Positions 11,841 to 23,767 of a stretch of DNA of 64,000 nt are shown here, piece after piece. Both the position numbers and the translations under genes were made by a program. Within the stretch, counting starts at the first letter, position 1, and each line of letters begins with the position of its first letter. The stretch is from NCBI GenBank assembly GCA_028877275.1, contig JAPPFP010000030.1, forward strand, positions 19,402 to 83,401, in the 5' to 3' direction. The notes beneath the pieces are model-generated. The model was not told the origin of the DNA, made no database searches, and saw nothing but the letters and a program-made list of their open reading frames with translations. Origin of the DNA: Acidobacteriota bacterium. GTDB lineage: Bacteria > Acidobacteriota > Thermoanaerobaculia > Multivoradales > Multivoraceae.

Positions 11841-11884
11841 GGCCGCCTTCGGCGGCAGCGGGTCAGAAGACCCGCGCACCGACA
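11841..11884 (+). repeat. REP-like two-hairpin element (copy 5)
   Basis: 44/44 identical to 9296-9339. It lies just 3' of the convergent S41 protease gene. Confidence 0.9.
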
Positions 11885-11899
11885 CCGGCACCGGCGCCG

Positions 11900-13594
11900 T
11901 TAGTTGGCGACGAAGCCGGTACTGCGGTTGCGGCCGCGAGTCTGGCGGTCCTGCCGCATGCGGCGCTCGAGTAGCTCCTCCGCCTCGTCGAGGAGTTCGA
12001 GCGCCCGGGCGAGCTGGTTGTCGAGTTGCCGTTCGGCCTTGAACCCCTCGGTCAGGCCGAACGCGGTGTTGAAGATCTCGTAGCGGAGCCGCACGCGGGC
12101 GTGGACCTCGACGGCGGGATCCTCCAGCGCCTCTTCCAGTTCCTCGGCGGAGACGAGCTCCTCCTCGACGATCCAGTTCCAGAAGCGCTCCAGGTAGCCG
12201 TCGGGCACCTGCCAGTCGGTGGAGCCGACGCCCTCGGGCACCCCCTTCTCGAAGGGGAAGCGGTGGAAGCCGCTCCGCGTCCGCAGGCGGAAGATGATGG
12301 GCGGATCGTCTTCCAGTTCGACCACGTAGTCGGGGGTCACCCCGCCGCCGCCGTAGACCTCGCGGCCGAGATCGGTGTGGAAGACCGGACGTTCCTCCTC
12401 GTCCCGCGGATCGAGCGGCGGCGCCGACTCCACGGGCCCAGGCTCTTCCTCGTCTTCGTCACCCTCGTCGCCCTCGTCGCCCTCGTCGCCGTTCGCGTCG
12501 TACCCGGTGTAGTAGTCCCAGTACGAGGAATAGTCCCGCTGGATCAGCCGGCCCGCCGGCGTGTAGTAGCGCGCCGTCGTCAGGGCGAGACCGGCGCCGT
12601 AGGACAGCTCGTAGACCGTCTGCACGAGGCCCTTGCCCCAGGTCGACTCTCCGACGACCAGGCCCACGTCGTGATCCTGGATGGCGCCCGAGACGATCTC
12701 GGAGGCGGATGCGGAGCCACCGTTCACCAGCACGACGACCGGCAGCCCGAGCGGCTCGTGGCGGCCCGTGGAACGGTACGACTGGTGGGAACTCTCGATC
12801 CGGCCCCGGGTCTCGACGATCGTCGTTCCCGGAGGCACGAACTGGTCGGAGACGGCGATCGCCTGGTCGAGCAGGCCGCCGCCGTTGCCCCGGAGGTCGA
12901 GAATTAGCCGCCGCATCCCCTGTTCCCTGAGATCGGCCAAGGCGCGCGCGACCTCGCCGCCGGTGGAACGGGAGAAGTCCGTGATCCAGAGGAAGCCGGT
13001 GTCCGGCGTCAGCATGTGGGCGTGGCGAACGGTCTCCTGCGGGATCTCGGCCCGGGTCACCGTAACCTCCAGGGGCTCGTCCAGACCAGGGCGCAGGAGC
13101 GTCACCGTGACGTCCGTTCCCTTCGGCCCCTTGAGGTTCCGGATCGCCTCGTTCGGGCTCATCTCCTCCGTCGGTTCGCCGTTGATCAGGTGGATGATGT
13201 CGCCGGCCCGGATGCCCTTCTCGTAGCCCGGCGTGCCCTCGATCGGCGAGATCACGGTCAGACGGCCGTTGCGCGTTCCGACGTAGATGCCGAGGCCGTA
13301 GAAGGAACTCTGCTGGCGCTCGCGCATCGTGTCGTAGGCCACGGGCGGCAGGAAGCTCGTGTGCGGGTCGAGGTTGCGCAGCATGCCCCCGATCGAGGCG
13401 TAGACGAGATCCCGATAGGTGACGTCGTCGACCGCGTAGTTCGCGTGGGCCGTCTCGATCAACTCCGTGAAGAAACGGACGTGGGCCACCTCTTCCGCGT
13501 CGAGGATCGCCAGCAGATTGCCGCCCGCGAGCCCGCCGAGGACCACCACCGCGGCAAAGAGAAGAAGTGCCAGATTGCGCCAGGGTTGCTTCAC
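11900..13594 (-). CDS. S41-family carboxy-terminal processing protease
   Basis: 564 aa with a signal/TM segment, a PDZ region (GLGIYVGTRNGRLTVISPIEGTPGYEKGIRAGDIIHLINGEP), LILDLRGNGGGLL and VVLVNGGSASASEI catalytic-region motifs. Confidence 0.9.
   Translation of the reverse strand: MKQPWRNLALLLFAAVVVLGGLAGGNLLAILDAEEVAHVRFFTELIETAHANYAVDDVTYRDLVYASIGGMLRNLDPHTSFLPPVAYDTMRERQQSSFYGLGIYVGTRNGRLTVISPIEGTPGYEKGIRAGDIIHLINGEPTEEMSPNEAIRNLKGPKGTDVTVTLLRPGLDEPLEVTVTRAEIPQETVRHAHMLTPDTGFLWITDFSRSTGGEVARALADLREQGMRRLILDLRGNGGGLLDQAIAVSDQFVPPGTTIVETRGRIESSHQSYRSTGRHEPLGLPVVVLVNGGSASASEIVSGAIQDHDVGLVVGESTWGKGLVQTVYELSYGAGLALTTARYYTPAGRLIQRDYSSYWDYYTGYDANGDEGDEGDEGDEDEEEPGPVESAPPLDPRDEEERPVFHTDLGREVYGGGGVTPDYVVELEDDPPIIFRLRTRSGFHRFPFEKGVPEGVGSTDWQVPDGYLERFWNWIVEEELVSAEELEEALEDPAVEVHARVRLRYEIFNTAFGLTEGFKAERQLDNQLARALELLDEAEELLERRMRQDRQTRGRNRSTGFVAN
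12462..12488. repeat. 3 x 9-nt perfect tandem repeat inside the S41 protease gene
   Basis: CCCTCGTCG x3 on the plus strand, encoding GDEGDEGDE within an acidic insert (DANGDEGDEGDEGDEDEEE). Confidence 0.9.
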
Positions 13595-13696
13595 GGCAAC
13601 CCGGGAGTGTACCAGCGCGCTTGCAGGGCGTCGCTGGAGCGGCGGCGGTGGCGTGGCGACGGCGGCGTGGCGGCGGTGGAGGCACCCGCCCGTCTT

Positions 13697-13856
13697 GGGG
13701 CAGGAGGGGTCGGCGCCCAGGTGACGCGCGCGCTTGAGAGGAGATGGGGAGGGTTGCGCTTGCTCCGCTTCACTCGCTTCGGTTGGGCGTCGGTTGGTGC
13801 AGCGTCGTCGGCAGTCGCTCGTTCAGAGGCACCTGGGCGCCGACCCCTCCTGCCCC
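13697..13856. repeat. perfect 27-bp inverted repeat flanking a 106-nt spacer
   Basis: GGGGCAGGAGGGGTCGGCGCCCAGGTG (13697-13723) is the exact reverse complement of CACCTGGGCGCCGACCCCTCCTGCCCC (13830-13856), checked base by base. Confidence 0.95.
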
Positions 13857-13931
13857 GACTGGGCTGGTCGTCTTTGCTGCCCGGGGCCTTGGGCGTCGTT
13901 GGGTGCGCGGTGTCGGTGCGCCGGCCTGTTG

Positions 13932-13953
13932 CCGCGGGTCTTATGACCCGCGG
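13932..13953 (-). repeat. REP-like hairpin variant (copy 6)
   Basis: CCGCGGGTC-TTAT-GACCCGCGG, a 9-bp stem. The core differs from the inverted copy at 11749-11766 by one loop base. Confidence 0.8.
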
Positions 13954-13988
13954 AGAAAAGCGCGCTGCCATGAAGCGGCGCGCGCGAG

Positions 13989-14843
13989 TCAGTCTCCTTC
14001 CTCCTCCTCGATCCTCTTCCTCCGCCGCTGGACCAGCGCCGACGCGCCGACGCCGACGAGGTAGAGCAGCACAGTGGGCCCCGCCACGATCGTCATGTTC
14101 ACCGCGTCCGGCGTCGGCGTGATGATCGCGGAGACGACGATGATGATGAGCACCGCCCAGCGGAAGTGTCGCATCAGGAACCGCGGCGTCACCACCCCGA
14201 GCTGCGACAGCATGAAGATGACGATGGGAAGCTGGAACATGACCGCCAGACCGAGCAGCACGTTGACCGCGAAGCTGAAGTAGCGCTCGATCCGGATGTC
14301 GGCGTCCCAGTTGGCGTTGAGGCCCATGTTGACCAGGAACTCGGTCGCGAAGGGCAGGGCGACGAAGTAGCCGAAGGCGCCGCCGCCAATGAAGAAGAGG
14401 GAACCGAAGAAGATGAAGGGGATCGCGTAGCGCTTCTCGCGGCGGTAGAGGCCGGGCGCGACGAAACCCCAGAGCTGGGCGACGAGATAGGGCGAGGTGA
14501 CGAAGACGGCGGCCAGCAGCGCCACCTTCACCTGCACGATGAACGGATCCGCGACACCGTCGAAGACGAGCTGATCGACGTGGGGCTCGATCGGTTTCGC
14601 CAGCAGGTTGTAGATCTGCTCGGCGAACGCGAAGCAGCCGAAGAACGCGACCACGACGACGATCAGCGTGCGCAGGATGCGGCGGCGCAGCTCGTCGAGG
14701 TGCTCGAGCAGCGTCATCCTCGGAAGCTCTTCTTCCTCCTCCTCGTCGAGCTTGCGCTTGCCCAGCCTCGTCTCGGGCAACCGCTCCGGTTCCGGCGCTT
14801 CGGGCGGCTGGACCGGACCGTCGTCCTCAGACTGCGGGGTCAC
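13989..14843 (-). CDS. tatC: twin-arginine translocase subunit TatC
   Basis: [19 protein letters not shown] followed by six hydrophobic segments. The start is either 14843 (acidic N-extension, overlaps tatA) or ATG 14717. Confidence 0.9.
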   Translation of the reverse strand: MTPQSEDDGPVQPPEAPEPERLPETRLGKRKLDEEEEEELPRMTLLEHLDELRRRILRTLIVVVVAFFGCFAFAEQIYNLLAKPIEPHVDQLVFDGVADPFIVQVKVALLAAVFVTSPYLVAQLWGFVAPGLYRREKRYAIPFIFFGSLFFIGGGAFGYFVALPFATEFLVNMGLNANWDADIRIERYFSFAVNVLLGLAVMFQLPIVIFMLSQLGVVTPRFLMRHFRWAVLIIIVVSAIITPTPDAVNMTIVAGPTVLLYLVGVGASALVQRRRKRIEEEEGD

Positions 14844-15123
14844 TCGGGGCCCCGGCGCCCGATTCGCGCGGTTTCTTCGAGCTGCCCAGGTCCGAGCCGC
14901 TGGCGCTTCTCCTGGGAGTGTCGATGCGGCGCGCCGGCGCGGGTCGCTTCTCCTCGTCGAGTTCGACGTCGATCGACCGCTTCAGGTCGCTCGTGGCGCG
15001 CCGGAACTCGGCCATGCCGCGGCCGAGCGTGCGGCCAAGCTCGGGCAGCTTCCTGGGACCGAAGATGAGGAGAGCCGCCGCCATGATGAACAACATCTCC
15101 TGCATGCCGATCGGGCCGAACAT
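14827..15123 (-). CDS. tatA: twin-arginine translocase subunit TatA/E
   Basis: [43 protein letters not shown] is the canonical TatA TM helix plus amphipathic helix. Start at ATG 15123 inside the longer ORF. Confidence 0.9.
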   Translation of the reverse strand: MFGPIGMQEMLFIMAAALLIFGPRKLPELGRTLGRGMAEFRRATSDLKRSIDVELDEEKRPAPARRIDTPRRSASGSDLGSSKKPRESGAGAPSDPAV

Positions 15124-15288
15124 GGCTCGGCATGATACGCCAACCCGCGCCCCTGGCAGATCGAGGAGGAGCAAGAAGACTGTCCCTGCCCTCAGCCGGC
15201 AACGACGCCCAAGGCCCCCGTCGGCAACGACGTCCTGCCCCAAGACGGGCGGGTGCCGCCACCGCCGCCACGCGGCCGGCGCCGCGAG

Positions 15289-15783
15289 CTACGAGACGGG
15301 GCCGAGGGCGTCGATGATGCGGTCGACGAGTTCGCGGGCGGCGCCGCGGCCGCCGGGGGCATCGAGCACGAGGTCGACGTTGTCGCGCACTTCCTGCACG
15401 GCGTCGGCCGGCGCCGCGGACAGGCCGGCGGCGCGCAGCACGGGCAGGTCGACCAGGTCGTCGCCGACGTAGGCGACCTCGGACGCTTCGAGTCCGCGGC
15501 GCTCCAGCAGGTCGGCGAAGGCCGAGGCCTTGTCGCGGCAGCCCAGGAGGACCTCGTCGAAGCCGAGATCGGCGGCGCGGCGCTCGACGGCGGGAGAGTC
15601 TCTTCTGGCGCTCAGAAGACCGATCCCGAGGCCGGCCTCGCGCGCGCGCCGCACGGCCAGGCCGTCCCGGGTGTCGAACGCCACCGCCACCTCGTCACCG
15701 AGGTAGTACAGCCGGCCGTCGGTGAGGACGCCGTCGACGTCGAAGAGCAGGAAGCGGAGGCGGAGGACAACGGACGAGAGCAT
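15289..15783 (-). CDS. kdsC: KDO 8-phosphate phosphatase (HAD family)
   Basis: 164 aa. LLLFDVDGVLTDGRLYY ... AYVGDDLVDLPVL, in kds gene context. Confidence 0.85.
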   Translation of the reverse strand: MLSSVVLRLRFLLFDVDGVLTDGRLYYLGDEVAVAFDTRDGLAVRRAREAGLGIGLLSARRDSPAVERRAADLGFDEVLLGCRDKASAFADLLERRGLEASEVAYVGDDLVDLPVLRAAGLSAAPADAVQEVRDNVDLVLDAPGGRGAARELVDRIIDALGPVS

Positions 15784-15799
15784 GGGAGGTTCCGCGGGG

Positions 15800-16828
15800 C
15801 TACTTCCGGCGCAGGCCCCAGAGGTCGTGAATGTGCACCAGGCCCTCGAGACGGCCGTCGGCCTGACAGATGAACAGGGACGTGATGCGGTGCCGCTCCA
15901 TCGCCTCCAGGGCGACGGTGACCAGGGCGTCCGCGGGGATCGTCTTCGGATCGGGCGTCATGTAGTGGCGAACCGAGCGGTCGAGGAAGGCGCCGCCTAC
16001 CGCGACGACCGCCGGCTCCGTGTTCAGCAGCCGCCGCAGATCGCCGTCCGAGATCACGCCACAGAGACCGTCCGTGTCGTCCAGGACCGCCGTGATGCCG
16101 AACGACTTCTCGGTCATCTCGAACAGAGCCTCGCGCAGGGACGCCTCGAGGCCTACGCGGGGCAGGGAGTCGCCGCGGTGCATGACCTGCTCCACCGTCA
16201 TCAGGCGGCGGCCGAGCTCGCCGCCCGGATGAAGCGTCGCGAAGTCCTCCAGCGTGAAGCCGCGAGCCTCGAGCAGGGCCATCGCCAGCGCGTCGCCCAG
16301 TGCCAGGGTGGCGGTGGTCGAGGCCGTGGGGGCCATGTTCAGGGGGCAGGCCTCCTGGTCGATCGCGGCGGAGAGGTGCAGGTCGGCCCGCTCGGCGATC
16401 GTGCTCCGCGAGGCGCCGGTGATCGCGATCAGGGGAACGCCGCGGCGATGCAGCACGTCGATCATCTTGAGCAGCTCTTCCGTGCCGCCGGACGACGACG
16501 CGGCCAGGACGACATCGCCCGGCACGATCATGCCGAGGTCGCCGTGGATCGCCTCGGCCGGGTGGATGAAGAGGGCGGGCGTTCCGGTCGAGGACAGGGT
16601 CGCCGCCACCTTCTTCATCACGTGGCCGCTCTTGCCCATCCCGGTGCAGACCACGCGCCCCCGGCAGTCGCGCATCCGCCGCACCGCCTCCGCGAAATCG
16701 TCGCCGAGCTGATCGATCAGGCCTTCGATGGCCGCCGCCTCGATCTCCAGCACCTTGCGGGCGATCTCCAGGCTGCGGTTCCCGTCGACCGCGGCCGGGA
16801 CCCGTTCGGCCACCTTCGACCCGGTCAA
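15800..16828 (-). CDS. kdsD: arabinose-5-phosphate isomerase (KpsF/GutQ family; SIS + CBS domains)
   Basis: 342 aa. SIS motif VVCTGMGKSGHV, C-terminal CBS pair, overlaps the kdsA stop. Confidence 0.9.
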   Translation of the reverse strand: MTGSKVAERVPAAVDGNRSLEIARKVLEIEAAAIEGLIDQLGDDFAEAVRRMRDCRGRVVCTGMGKSGHVMKKVAATLSSTGTPALFIHPAEAIHGDLGMIVPGDVVLAASSSGGTEELLKMIDVLHRRGVPLIAITGASRSTIAERADLHLSAAIDQEACPLNMAPTASTTATLALGDALAMALLEARGFTLEDFATLHPGGELGRRLMTVEQVMHRGDSLPRVGLEASLREALFEMTEKSFGITAVLDDTDGLCGVISDGDLRRLLNTEPAVVAVGGAFLDRSVRHYMTPDPKTIPADALVTVALEAMERHRITSLFICQADGRLEGLVHIHDLWGLRRK

Positions 16829-17661
16829 ACCCAGGGACCCTCCGCCGCCCGCGAACGGTGGATCTCGAGCGCGGACAGGAGCAGCTTCTCGGCTCGCTGG
16901 AGCGGCAACTGCGTCTCACGGTCGCAGCGCGCACTGTCCGGATCGGGGTGCACCTCCAGGTAGAGGCCGGCGGCGCCGGCGGCGATGGCGGCCCGGGTCA
17001 GGGGTTCGGCGAAGCGGCGGTCGCCGCCGCTCTCCTTCTCCCGCGCCCCGGGCAGTTGCAGCGAGTGGGTCACGTCGTAGAGAACGGCGATCCCGTGCTC
17101 GGCCAGGATCCGGAAGCTCCGCATGTCGACGACCAGGTTGTGGTAGCCGAAGGAGCTGCCGCGCTCGGTGACGGCGACCCGGGCGTTCCCGGTCGCCCGC
17201 GCCTTGTCGACCGTTCTCGCCATGTCGGCGGGCGCCATGAACTGCCCCTTCTTGACCAGGAGGGCTCTGCCGGTCGCGGCCGCCTCGATCACCAGGTCGG
17301 TCTGCCGGCAGAGGAAGGCCGGGATCTGGAGCACGTCGCACACTTCGGCGGCGGCGCCGCACTGGTGCGGCTCGTGAACGTCGGTCAGCACGGGCAGGCC
17401 GGTGACCGCCTTGACCTCCTCGAGCGCCTTGAGCCCCTCCGCCAGTCCGGGACCGCGGAAGCTGTCGCCCGAGCTGCGGTTCGCCTTGTCGAAAGAGGAC
17501 TTGAAGATCAGCGGCAGACCCAGACGATGGCTCATCGCCTGCAGTTCCTGGCCGAAGCCGACCAGCCAGTCGCGGCCCTCGATCACGCAGGGACCGGCGA
17601 TCACCGGCAGCGCGCCGCCGCCGAGCGCGACCCCCGGCGCGAGCTCGAAGCCGTCTGCCAA
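16825..17661 (-). CDS. kdsA: 2-dehydro-3-deoxyphosphooctonate aldolase (KDO8P synthase)
   Basis: 278 aa. IAGPCVIE ... FKSSFDKANRSS ... DVTHSLQLPG. Confidence 0.93.
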   Translation of the reverse strand: MADGFELAPGVALGGGALPVIAGPCVIEGRDWLVGFGQELQAMSHRLGLPLIFKSSFDKANRSSGDSFRGPGLAEGLKALEEVKAVTGLPVLTDVHEPHQCGAAAEVCDVLQIPAFLCRQTDLVIEAAATGRALLVKKGQFMAPADMARTVDKARATGNARVAVTERGSSFGYHNLVVDMRSFRILAEHGIAVLYDVTHSLQLPGAREKESGGDRRFAEPLTRAAIAAGAAGLYLEVHPDPDSARCDRETQLPLQRAEKLLLSALEIHRSRAAEGPWV

Positions 17662-17668
17662 GACGTCC

Positions 17669-20160
<2,492 letters not shown>

Positions 20161-20208
20161 TAACCGCGCGCCGCGCCGGGGGTCAAACGACGCCTGTAGG
20201 CTCGCGGC

Positions 20209-21126
20209 GTGAAGAACGCGCCTCGATCCGCGGCGGCACGAACGGCGCTTGGCGTCGCGTTGCTGGCCGTCGGGCTGGCGCAGTCGAGCTGCGTCGGCGC
20301 GCCGGCGCCGACCGGCGCCGCGGCGTGGATCTGGGCCGACGGTCCCGGCGCGGATCCGGGCCGGCCGGCGTCCTATGTACTACTGCGCGACTTCGATTTG
20401 CCGGCGGCGCCGGAGGAGGCGGCGCGGCTGTTCGTCGCCGCCGATCGCGAGTACGCGGTGCACCTGAACGGACACCAGATCGCCCGGGGCGCGTTCCGGC
20501 GGGGCGAACCGATCGACGAGTTTCAGGTCGCCCACCTGCTGCACGAGGGTTCCAACCGCCTGACGATCGAAGCACGGACGCCACACGGCGACGGCGGCGT
20601 CCTCGCCGGCATCGAACTCGACGACGGCTCGATGCCGGTGGTGACGGACGGCGAGTGGCGGTTCACCGAAGCCTGGGATCCCCGCCTGGTCAAGGGAGAA
20701 CTCCCGCTCGCCGACGCCGCCCCGGCGCTCCGACCGGTCCGGGTCTGGGGACGGCCGCCGGTCGGCAGGTGGGGCCGGGTTAGCCGCGGCGACCTGCGGA
20801 AACCCGATCAGATCTGGCGCTCCGCCGGCCCCTGGCGCATCGTTCGCGTGACTGCGTCACCCGGCCTCGAGATCCGGCCCTGGATGCGGTCCTCGCACCG
20901 GGTGGACTTCGGCCGGGAGGTCACCGGCGTGCTCGAGCTCGAGTTCAGACCCGGCCGCGCCGACGCCCACCGGGAACTGCGCATCTGTCTGGACGGCGAC
21001 TGCGAGCGTCGGCCGCTGGTGCTGACGTCCGGCAGGCCGGCGTGGCGCGATTCGGACCGCCGCAGCTTCGACACGGTCATCGTTACCGGCGTGCCGGGGC
21101 TGCGGATGGTTCGGGCACGACGGTAG
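20209..21126 (+). CDS. hypothetical lipoprotein with galactose-binding-like (rhamnosidase-N-like) domain
   Basis: 305 aa. Signal peptide ends in a Cys (LAQSSC). AAWIWADG ... LFVAADREYAVHLNGHQIARG ... EGSNRLTIE resembles sugar-binding jelly-roll domains. Function unknown. Confidence 0.5.
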   Translation: MKNAPRSAAARTALGVALLAVGLAQSSCVGAPAPTGAAAWIWADGPGADPGRPASYVLLRDFDLPAAPEEAARLFVAADREYAVHLNGHQIARGAFRRGEPIDEFQVAHLLHEGSNRLTIEARTPHGDGGVLAGIELDDGSMPVVTDGEWRFTEAWDPRLVKGELPLADAAPALRPVRVWGRPPVGRWGRVSRGDLRKPDQIWRSAGPWRIVRVTASPGLEIRPWMRSSHRVDFGREVTGVLELEFRPGRADAHRELRICLDGDCERRPLVLTSGRPAWRDSDRRSFDTVIVTGVPGLRMVRARR

Positions 21127-21147
21127 GTCGCCGCTTCGCGACGCCGG

Positions 21148-21794
21148 CTACGGTTCCTCCCATTGGATGCCTGGCGGTGGTTCGAAGCGGCCGGGCGGCG
21201 CGCCGGACCGGTAGTCGCCGAGCAGGAACCGGTTTTCGTTGCCCTGGGCGTCGTAGTAGGTCAGTTCCCGCAATCGCTGGTCCCCGGCGTCGATCACGAC
21301 CTGCACTTCCACCACGTCCTCGCTCGGTTCGAGCGGCCGCAGAACGAGGCGAAGGCGGCTCCCCTCGGCCGCGTCCAGCTCGGCCTCGTAGCGATCCCGC
21401 AGGTCGGTCGTCGTGAGCAGGAAGAAGTCGAGCCCGGGCGCGGGCTGTTCCGAGAGGTCGTAACGCTGTCCGACCGTCTCGCCGGGATTCCAGTGGTGGA
21501 CCGCGCGACCGCAGAGCAGGAACGCCTTCTCGAACGGCGGGGAGTAGTCCCAGCGCAGGCAGCCCGGAAGGTCGATGGCGAGGCTGCCGCGCTCGGTCTC
21601 ACCGTCCTCGGGAGCGAAGCCGAAGGGGACGAAGGTCTGGACGAAACCCGCCGACAGTGGCCCTGAATTCTCCAGCTCTCGCCGGAAGTCGTCGAGCACC
21701 TGCCACGGTTCGTCGGCGGCCGGCGCCGGCGCCGCGCCAAAGCCGAACGCCGAGGCGACCACCGCCGCCAGGGCCGCCGCCCGGACGGGTGACA

Positions 21795-21795
<1 letters not shown>
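21148..21795 (-). CDS. lolA: LolA-like outer-membrane lipoprotein carrier protein
   Basis: 215 aa from ATG 21795 (ATGA overlap with the purH stop). Signal peptide, FVQTF ... LPGCLRWDYSPPFEKAFLLCGRAVHHWNPGE matches the LolA pattern. Confidence 0.6.
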
Positions 21796-23366
<1,571 letters not shown>

Positions 23367-23471
23367 CGGCGTCGGCGCAGCGTAGCACGCAGGACCGCCT
23401 CGCCCGTTGCGTTTCTACGGCGCAAACTGCTAGAAACCTCCCCTGCCGTGCGATGCGTCACGCGCGACCCT

Positions 23472-23547
23472 GCCCAGGTAGCTCAGTTGGTAGAGCACCT
23501 GACTGAAAATCAGGGTGTCGGTGGTTCGAATCCGCCCCTGGGCACCA
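23472..23547 (+). tRNA. tRNA-Phe (GAA)
   Basis: GCCCAGGTAGCTCAGTTGGTAGAGCACCTGACTGAAAATCAGGGTGTCGGTGGTTCGAATCCGCCCCTGGGCACCA, anticodon loop CUGAAAA. Confidence 0.95.
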
Positions 23548-23732
23548 TCTGCGCGAGCCCCGTTACCGCGGTCATTCCAGGCCGCCGCTACGGCGAGCCT
23601 GGAGAATCCGCAGCAATTCCGCAGTGGCTTCCAGAACTTCCCCACCGGCGCCTGAAACCTGTAACTGACGGCAACGAAGCCAGTTACGACCGGCCCGGCA
23701 GTTCCGTCCCGCTACCGGCCGAAAATCCCGCC

Positions 23733-23762
23733 TTGACACACCCTTCACGCGGCCTGTACGTT
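23733..23762 (+). promoter_or_regulatory. sigma70-like promoter candidate for the large ncRNA
   Basis: TTGACA (23733-38), 18-nt spacer, TACGTT (23757-62). The predicted TSS near 23768-23770 coincides with the start of the 5' strand of the closing helix. Confidence 0.45.
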
Positions 23763-23767
23763 GTTTC

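Noticed and set aside
13591-13971. 126-aa minus-strand ORF filling the tatC/protease gap
   Set aside because: Its composition is extreme in Arg, Pro and Ala, with no start context or motifs. It spans the 27-bp inverted repeat and a REP-like hairpin, so the region is treated as non-coding.
15601-15619. Hairpin TCTTCTG-GCGCT-CAGAAGA resembling the REP loop region
   Set aside because: It lies inside the kdsC coding sequence, lacks the GC-rich stem and GCACC tail of the family, and is most likely coincidental.
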